Positions 35,295 through 64,000 of a stretch of 64,000 nt of DNA are shown here, one piece after another. The stretch comes from Macrostomum lignano (Eukaryota). The notes under the pieces were generated by a model that had not been told where the DNA came from, made no database searches, and saw only the letters and a list, made by a program, of their open reading frames with translations. The stretch spans positions 235,323-299,322 of the forward strand of contig NIVC01000119.1 in assembly GCA_002269645.1 (NCBI GenBank), in the 5' to 3' direction. Each line of letters starts with the position of its first letter. Position 1 is the first letter of the stretch. Made by a program: the position numbers and the translations under genes.

Positions 35295-37504
35295 TGATGT
35301 AACCGCCCTTGTCGCCTGTCCGCTCCGTAGAGAGACGAACGCATGACTAGAGGGGCCAATGACCGTAGGCTGCCTATGACCGGGCAATGACCTGACGGAC
35401 CTCCAGCACCAGACTGTCCCGCCCACATGATTGATAGCTTTGGTAGCGCTTCGTGACCAGAGGGCCAAGGACCCACATGGACCCCACCTGTAGCCAAGGT
35501 GCAATAGTTGGTCACTCGGTCATAGTATGACCGAGTGGCTGCCACCACTCTATGTGACCTGGCGCACCTGGATCTTTCTACCAGACCTCTCGAGGCTAGA
35601 GCCCCGCCTGGGATGGTTACCAGGGGATTTAGGCTAACAGGGGAGACGCATGCAGCCGAGTACAGGGACTCTGCTTGGGGCATGATCGGGAACTCTGGGC
35701 TCAATCTGGAGGATTTCTCAGCAGGGGATTCTTTGTGGCTGTGAGCGAGGCTGACTTGCGACTTTGATTACTAAGAGTAGTATGAGGCGAACATGTACTG
35801 TCTATAGTTTAGATTGCTCAGGGCGAAGGGACGCGTCAGCATGGGGTTGCAACCTTCCTACTGCCATTCTGTGCCAAGACTCGCTAATCCCTCTACTGCA
35901 CGCACACACGGCCCCGCAGCACGCACTCACAGGCAAGCTTTGCACGGGGAGAGGCCATTAGCTTTCCCAAACTTCCCTATGCTTTGCCACCCCGGGAGAA
36001 AGGCTTAGCAAGCCATGAGTGAAATGATGGTGAAAGAGTGAATAATGATGAGGTTAGTTAATAGTTAATAATTATGCCCTTAGGCGAATAATCAGGCAAT
36101 TGGGCGGCTTCACTATTAAGTAAAAATACAGCAAAGGGTACGGTATCACAACTGGCTCAGTTCTCTAGTCAGACAATGGAAAAATAGGCGAACTCCGGAT
36201 AAGCAAAGGCAATTAGAGCACAAATTAGTAACAGGAACTTACCGGCAGCTGCACAGAGAGAGAGAGAGGCGGAGTGACCGAAGGCGGCTGTAGGCTGCAG
36301 TCAGGCAGACAGTGAAGCGGCGATGCGCTGAAGCGACGAGGCGCTGGTGTGGATCAGGCGAAGGCTGATGATGCTGGGCGGTGTCAGACCGCTGGCCGAT
36401 AGGCGAGCTCACTTGGGGAGCTGAAGATAACTTGGCGGTAACAGACCGCGGGCCGGCAGGGATTCGTCTTATAGACGAATGGGTCAGAACTCAATCTGAC
36501 TGCAAGTCCAAAGAAGGACGAGGAGAGGAAGAAAGGTTGAGGATTCTCATGCCGAAATCGCTTCCTTTTATAGACCTCACAGCCGCCTCCTCAAGGTCGT
36601 TACCATGGCTCCCTCTCTCTGATTGGCTGCCGGCAGAATGACGTCAGAATGAGTCATGATGAGAAGCATGAGACCGGCATAGCAACATGAGAAATAGAGA
36701 AATTGCGCAATCCGGAGGCGGGGTGGGGGATAATTGGCGCAGCGGGAGGTCGCGGGAGTGTTGCGCAAGCAAACATTGAGAACAATGGGGCTGGGGTCGA
36801 GAACAAAGGAATTGGAAATCGGGGATAATTGGGGAGAATCAAGAACAATGGAAAAGTAAACATTGGGGAAAAGGTGATAATTAGGTGCGAAAACGAGAAC
36901 AAAAGAAAGAGAAAATCGGAGAAAATGTGATAATTGGTGGGGGTCGAGAGAACAAAAGAATCAAAAACGAGAACAATAGAAGCGGAGGTGGGGTGGGTGT
37001 CGCATGAGAAATTTGGGGGGGAGAACAATGGCGTGAGAAAAGGTTGCGCAAGAGAGGGGGATGAGTCATCGATGAGTCACCGAGGGGGAGAAGGGGTCAC
37101 ACGACTTGCGTCACCGTTTGGGAGTTTGAGAGGGGATGGGGAGGCGGTGAGCACACAAAATACTGTAAGTAGACACAGAGAAAGAGGGGACAGCGCAGGA
37201 AAAGAGTGCAGAGGGAGACAAAAAGAGGGGAGATAGGGAGAGTACAAGAAAACTAGGGTGGAGCACAGGGGAGATAAGGTAGAGGGGGAGGTACAGAGAG
37301 GGATAGGGGGCTCCGGAAAGGCAGGTGTGGCGGCAGGGGAGACGGAACCAAGGCAGCAGGGGGGTGCAGCAGAGCGGGAGTCTCCAGGCCTGGTCGGAGA
37401 CCTGGCCGAGTCTCGACAGCTCTGTGCAGGGGGGTGCACGGGATAGGAGGCACCTTCGAAAAAGTTCCCATGCCCTATCCCGCGACCAGAGCGTGGTTAC
37501 ATCA
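35295..37504. mobile_element. 2210-bp solo LTR (Gypsy-like termini)
   Basis: Starts TGATGTAACC and ends GGTTACATCA (perfect 10-bp inverted termini); 4-bp TSD acgc at 35291-35294 and 37505-37508; no gag/pol inside. Confidence 0.8.
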
Positions 37505-38838
37505 ACGCTATGTTTGATATTGCTCTGTATACTGTTTACTGGTTAATTTGCGTTTTAAACTCAGGCAGTCTTGACTTACTTTAACTTAGCTGCAGGGTTA
37601 TTTTGCTAACCCGCCCCCGGCCCCCCCTGGCTGAGCTGAAGTGCTCCGCATTCTCGACACCGGAGAGGCAGAAAGGGCATTCCTAGCTACGGATTTTTCC
37701 CTGGGGTGACAATGCCTGGCAAAACAGTTATGAACCGAGAGAGCCATATCACCGCCCTGATGCCCTGCGGTTGAGTCCAAGAAAGGCCACAAATGAGCAG
37801 TCAGAGCGGCACGTAATTTTGCGCGTTTGATTTAAAAAAACTTAATGTACTATTGCTAATGCTATTTTGTATAAAATTACCGTACAAGCTATACGGTCGT
37901 AGATGAAAGTTTTATCTACGTATCTAAAGTATCTCTGTTGGAAGTATTAAAAGTGTTCCTTTAAGTTTTTGAAAATATTTCTAGATATTCAAATCAAAAC
38001 CATGTACATACAGGTGAGTTTAATTCAATATACAGTCATATACGCCACAGATTACCACGATCTTGTAATTTGACTTAAAAAATTGAAATGTCGTAATTTA
38101 ATTTACGGAATAGTGTCTGTGTGCTTCTATAAACGTGTATGAATATATGTGCTTACTGTAGTTACTGGTGCAGTATGCTTTCTGTTGATTTAATTATACT
38201 TTTTTTCACCAGCGTTGTGTTAGCTGGTGGTTTAATCAAATGACAAGTCTTTTCAAGAGTTTTTAAAGTCATTTTTAATTTTTTGAATGTATTACAAAGT
38301 CATACATATTAGTATGTTATTACATGAAGGTCTGAAATGAATTGCAGAAATTTCAATTCATAGTCAGGAGTATGAATATGAATTCTATGATTTTAGGAGA
38401 TTCATGGTCAGGTTCATATTCAGTGCAATCTCAATTGGAACTGCAATTCAGTCAGTCGAGATTTTTTATCTTTCTAGCCTCCCGTTGAAAGCATTGGAAG
38501 AAATTCGTTTTTCAAATATTTAATACCTTTAGAACTTAAGCAGACTAAGAAATTTGCTAGTACAAGTATGTTACAGATACTTTCAGGCGTTGGAATATAA
38601 ATATAGACCCAAGTCTGTGTAGCTACAGGTCTGACGACCCAAGAAAGGAGCAACACCAACGACAGCCTGCTTAATTTGCTGCTAAATTGCTTCTTTTAAG
38701 CTGCTGAATCTATAATTTTGTCTCTGTCTGGTCTATATTTATATTCTCGGTCTTAGTTCGTTTTAGACGGAGTTCGTTTTTTACGTTTTGCTTTTGTAGT
38801 TTTGCGGTTTAACAAAAATAGGACTACAATCGCAGCAG

Positions 38839-38875
<37 letters not shown>

Positions 38876-40221
38876 AGGCAAAGTGAGATGCTTGAAACGT
38901 AAACACCGCCAAGCCGGCTTGGGTAGAGAGAACACTGCAGTGAGCGACGGAGAGGCTAATGGGAGCCGCCCAGCGAAGCTACGTAAAACAGCTTGGGCCG
39001 GGCTTAAGCCAGGGGCCGGACTACTACCTCAAAAAAGAATAAAACTGTACCCAGACAAGTGTGGTAGAAGGGCAAAAAAACAAGTGCTGAATATGCACTA
39101 TACTACATTTATTGGTACGATGGTCGGACCATTTGCAATGTTTTGCAGAAAACGCGATTATTGAGGCATTCGACCTATGAAGTAAAATTTTACAGACAGA
39201 CAGAGACAGACTTGCAAACTTTAGAGACTTAGTATTTAGTATAATGTGATAGTATGGGAGGATCCATAGGAAGTACCGAGAACTACTTAAGTCGGACGGG
39301 AAACCTCGTTTTCTTGGAAAATTTCTTGTAAAATTACCATGGGATTATGTTTATTTTTTATTCTATGTACAATTGTACATTTTGTACTTAAAAACCATTA
39401 AAATAGCTCGGCTCGGCTCATTGGTTTTATAAATCTATTTTTATCATTCTTAGTTCACTGTGTAACAATGCGTGTTACAGAGATGAAAAAATTATCCTCA
39501 TAAAACCAAACAGTCGAGCTGTGCCATGCATTTTAAAGATTTTTAGGTACAGGGAATGAACGTAAAATAAAAATTTAAGTTTAACATATAGAATCCTTAT
39601 TTTCTAAACGAAAAGCTTTATGAATATCAATGGAGCTATAAGAAAGGCACAACATATCAAAAGATGAACATTGGGTCTGCCTCCTATCAAAAGCAATAAC
39701 AATTTTTGTCCTGAAAAAAATGAAAACTTCCTATCTCCGTAGTGTATTTTGTTCGGAAAATCCTGCCCTCAATTTTTTTTTCCAAGAAACGATAGGTTTC
39801 CCGTCCTACTTGAGTTGTCCTTGGGATTCGCGGGGAAGTACTCGTAGAAAAAGGAATGCAAGTTGAAAATGTCACAAAACTCCAAACTCGCAACCGCAAG
39901 CGGAGGTTTTGGTCGATAAGAGGAACTGATAATGGTCGGATTGCAGGGAATTTTATAACAAATGTGGGCTCTAAGAGGTGGAATAAATCTACATAAGCCA
40001 ATTTGTACACTTCCTGTCCCCTGATTGTACAACCTTCGATCCCCTTTGAGGGGTTCGGGCCCAGGCCTCACCTCAACAGTGGCATTGATTGATTTGCAAA
40101 AGCAGGCAATTTGCTCGATACTTGAACCGCGCGCCCCTACCTCCGCACCGTCTGTTAACGTTCAACTAACTTGTCCTGCGTTTGCATCACCGTCACCGTA
40201 AGTCGTGATAAAATTCACTCA

Positions 40222-40634
40222 TTCACTCATTTTAGCGCCGCAGACACTCATTTTAGCGCCGTAGGCACTCATTTTAGCGCCACAGGCACTCATTTTAGCG
40301 CCATAGGCACTCATTTTAGCGCCGCAGACACTCATTTTAGCGCCGTAGGCACTCATTTTAGCGCCGCAGGCACTCATTTTAGCGCCGCAGGCACTCATTT
40401 TAGCGCCGTAGGCACTCATTTTAGCGCCGCAGGCACTCATTTTAGCGCGGCAGGCACTCATTTTAGCGCCGCAGGCACTCATTTTAGCGCCGCAGGCACT
40501 CATTTTAGCTCCGCAGAGACTCACTCCACAGGTCACAAGGTGGGGTGGGGGGACAAAGCATTGGCATGTCCCCGCCAGAGCTTTTACTGGGGGGGACATG
40601 TCCCCCTGTCCCCCACCCGTTGGCGATGCCCCTG
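40222..40634. mobile_element. 21-bp minisatellite (cactcattttagcgccgcagg) next to a hAT-like end (tggcgatgcccctg)
   Basis: About 14 tandem units at 40222-40520; end motif at 40621-40634; same family occurs at 58135-58594. The second TIR was not found. Confidence 0.7.
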
Positions 40635-40697
40635 GCCGGCTGTCCCTTGTCAGTCAAGGGCGTTTATTACACAAGCAGACCGAAGCCGAGAAGCCGA

Positions 40698-40815
<118 letters not shown>

Positions 40816-41050
40816 CTGTCTGCTGCACCAACAGCAAAGAAAACAAAGTCAACCAATTTCTCTGTGGATGAACGAGCACGTGTATGCTTTGGTGTTCTAA
40901 AATTTATTTAGCCAAAAAAGGTGAATCATGTTTGTTATAATTGATTAGGCTAAGAGTTTCTGCCTCATATTGGTGAAAAACAAAAGAATGAAATGATGCA
41001 ATATGGCTTCATGAGCTGAGTCATTAGGAAGAAGTTCAAGCAACAGGTGT

Positions 41051-57473
<16,423 letters not shown>

Positions 57474-58134
57474 TTCGTCAGTAAAACTGTCAATTATTTG
57501 CGAAAGTGTCAAGTGTCAATCTACGGCTCTCTTTATCGCTATATATTCTGTCTTACAGCCATGATGAAGCTTCAAGCTCTATAAGAGTTTAGGAAAAAGC
57601 TGCTAGCTAAATGTGCCCGACTTCTTGTCGTCATTCTCCCAACTCCAGACTATTTGAGACCCCAAGGGCCAATCAGGAGGCTGTACGACAAGAATGAAAG
57701 GTTTGATTAAAAAGAGCTGCGTATAACACCTGATTGGTTTGCAGGCAAACTGCGAGTGTGTTGAAAAGTTAGCTAGAGTAATACCCTGAGCTTTCTTCTA
57801 CAGAAGAGAAGAACAGAGAACTCAATTGCTATAAAATGCATTTTCTGTTTCTGAAAAAAACTGTTGAAGTGCATCTGTCTTGTTGAGTATTATACGAGTT
57901 CTCAGGTATTGTTAAACTGCGTAATTGTTAAACTGCCTTTTTGAATGCTTTCTACCGAGAGCTCCAAGTTGAGTGGAATCTTTTAATAATGCTTTCTCAA
58001 TTTTAGTCACACCATAGCTGCTAGGTAATTCAATTGATTGTTTATAAAAGTGGGTGTACATGCTACACACGTACATACTGTAACATGTGAAAACTGCAAC
58101 AATTCTGATCTGCACGTTTACTAACACGCCAAAA

Positions 58135-58594
58135 AAAATGAGTGCCTGTGGCGCTAAAATGAGTGCCTGCGGTGCTAAAATGAGTGCCTGCGGTGCTAAA
58201 ATGAGTGCCTGTGGTGCTAAAGTGAGTGCCTGCGGTGCTAAAATGAGTGCCTGTGGTGCTAAAATGAGTGCCTGCGGTGCTAAAATGAGTGCCTGCGGTG
58301 CTAAAATGAGTGCCTGCGGTGCTAAAATGAGTGCCTGCGGTGCTAAAATGAGTGCCTGCGGTGCTAAAATGAGTGCCTGCGGTGCTAAAATGAGTGCCTG
58401 CGGCGCTAAAATGAGTGCCTGCGGTGCTAAAATGAGTGCCTGCGGTGCTAAAATGAGTGCCTGCGGCGCTAAAATAAGCGCTGACAACACCGATTCTCAA
58501 AATAATGTACATGTAGGAATTTAGTCATGTACATGTACACGTAGAATTATATTGGCTTTGACCCCCCACCATAAAATCCATGGCGACGCCCCTG
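58135..58594. mobile_element. 21-bp minisatellite (aaaatgagtgcctgcggtgct) next to a hAT-like end (tggcgacgcccctg)
   Basis: Reverse complement of the 40.2-kb array; end motif at 58581-58594. Confidence 0.7.
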
Positions 58595-58823
58595 TGTAAA
58601 TAGCATAGCATACGTGTACGTGACATGTAACTTGAATTTTAGACAACACATGCAGAAATGTTCACACGCGGGTATACTGCGCAGTACGGGTATAATCCTC
58701 AAGTTTAGTTTGTACCTAACATGTAGTTTCGGCCCAAAGAAGAGGCCAAGCTCTGATTGGTGTCATCAGCTAAATAAATAAATTTATAGGCAACCACTGC
58801 ACCTAAAGAGTAGCTAACTGATA

Positions 58824-60481
58824 TTGACCCGAAGCGTGCCCTCTGGACAGGACATGGTGTCGGCCAACACCAGATTCCGCAAGTCACCGGGCAGGCTCGC
58901 GACCTTCGTAGGCTGCAAGCGGAGGCGGCGGAACGCGCGCGGCCGGAACGCTACGCGGAGGCTGGCACAGCTCGACCACGTGCTTGTGCGCTTTCGTGAG
59001 CGCCGCCGCGTCACCAACTGCCGCACCATTACGCCGCTGGCTCTGCGGTCCGACCATCGGCTGCTCATCTGCGACCTTCGGCTTCGGGACCCGCTCTACC
59101 GTCCGCCAAAGCGGCCACCGCGGCGCTACTACCGCGCGCTCAGGGACGCCGAGACGCGACGTCGCTTTGCCGGTGCCTTTGTCACTGCGCTGGGCGACAA
59201 GCGTGGAGCAGCCGAGTACGCGGAGGTGAGCGCTGCAGTTCGAGCCGCTGCGGAGCAAGCAGTCCCGCTGATGCGACCGGCCCAGCGCGGGCAGCCGGTC
59301 TGGCAGGACGACCCCGCGATCGACGAAGCGAGGGAAGATCTGGAGAGGCTCCGTCTGAGTGGGCGGCAAACTCGCGAGGCGGAGGAGGCTCTGGCGGCTG
59401 TCTACCTGCAGCGGCAGCAGTCCGCTGTCGATGACGCCATCCAAGCCGTCTCTGCCGCAGGGCCCGATGCCAGAGGGCGCGTGGCCTGGTCCGTCATCAA
59501 CACTCTGACGGGGCGAAAGCGGCGCATCGCGCTCAACCTGGCAGGCGACACTCCGGATGAGCGCAGGAACGAGCTGCGCGAGTTCTTCGCCGCCATTGTC
59601 AACGCGCCGCCCCCTCCGCTTCCAGAAAATCTGAGGCTGCCGCTAGAGACGCCGTTGCCGGCGGAGGAGAGCTTCAACGTTGCCTCAAGCACAGCCGACG
59701 TTGCGAAGTTCGCTCGGCAGTCGCCGGGCGGCAAAGCGCTTGGTCCGGACGAGGTGCACACTGAGGCGCTGCGGATCCACTGCGTGGCCACTGAGGTCGC
59801 CAGAGTGATGAACCGCGTGCTTTCCGGTGAGGTGACGCCAAACGAATGGACCACGGCGCACATCGTCGCCATTCCAAAAAAGCCGGGCACCACCAAGCTC
59901 GAGGAGCATCGAGGCATCTGCCTACAGTCCTGCGCCGCGAAGCTGTTCAACCGCATGCTGCTATCGCGGTTACAGCCTGTGCTGGACCCGTACCTGCGGC
60001 CTGAGCAGAACGGATTCCGGCCCCATCGCGGCACAGTGACGCAGATCCTGGCTCTTCGGCGAGTCATCGAGGAGGCGCGCATCCGCCACTTGACCCTGAT
60101 CCTGATCTTCGTCGATTTCAGGAAGGCCTTTGGCTCGGTCGTGAGGGACGCGCTCCCAGAGGTGCTCCGTGCGTACAACGTGCCAGAGCTGCTGATTTCT
60201 GCTGTCATGGCGCTGTACCACGGCACGACGGCTGCTGTCTCAACACCGGACGGCCTATCGGACTTCTTCGAGACATCCTCCGGGGTGCTCCAGGGAGATA
60301 CGCTAGCGCCGTTCCTGTTTATTCTGGTGCTTGACTGGGTGCTACGGACTGCTCTGCCTTCCAACGACGACGGCTTCCTGCTGCGGTGACGCGTGGGTCG
60401 ACGCCAACCGGAGAGACGGCTCAGCGTGCTTAACTACGCCGATGACCTCGCCCTGCTGTCCTCGAGGGCGCCCAACGACAG
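58824..60481 (+). mobile_element. RTE-like non-LTR retrotransposon fragment (APE C-terminus plus RT), 5'-truncated and interrupted
   Basis: QLDHVLV..SDHRLL (APE end), IPKKPG, EQNGFRPHRG, FVDFRKAF, GVLQGDTLAPFLF, YADDLAL. Premature TGA at 60387-60389 and a frameshift after LLSS. Clade assignment is by motif resemblance. Confidence 0.92.

Positions 60482-64000
<3,519 letters not shown>

Noticed and set aside
35099-35704. Minus-strand ORF with a faint resemblance to an RTE RT C-terminus
   Set aside because: It crosses the solo-LTR boundary at 35295, defined by inverted termini and a TSD, so the similarity is coincidental.

Overview
This is a eukaryotic (metazoan) genomic window; the GC-rich exons and minisatellite-filled introns resemble a flatworm such as Macrostomum, but that is only a guess. 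Two complete intron-containing genes were reconstructed by hand on the minus strand, with canonical GT-AG junctions and consistent phases. They are POLR3B (RNA polymerase III second-largest subunit, 8 exons, 11664->2753, 1132 aa) and a cation-type nicotinic acetylcholine receptor alpha subunit (9 exons, 57473->41051, 568 aa). Almost every larger intron carries its own tandem repeat. Between the genes lie a decayed Penelope-like RT, a LOTUS/Tudor-like pseudogene, hAT, Harbinger and EnSpm-like non-autonomous elements, a 2.2-kb solo LTR and an orphan ORF. The window ends with an RTE-like LINE interrupted by an antisense LOA/R1-like LINE. The most unusual signal is a set of sharply bounded intergenic tracts (within about 11.8-30.4 kb) where C:G->T:A transitions fall mainly on CpA and CpG. 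This is visible in paralogous copies, in foldback arms and in a stray 64-nt fragment of the invariant 28S rRNA R2/I-PpoI target site, and it resembles fungal RIP but occurs in an animal. Most long ORFs in the supplied track are artefacts of tandem repeats.
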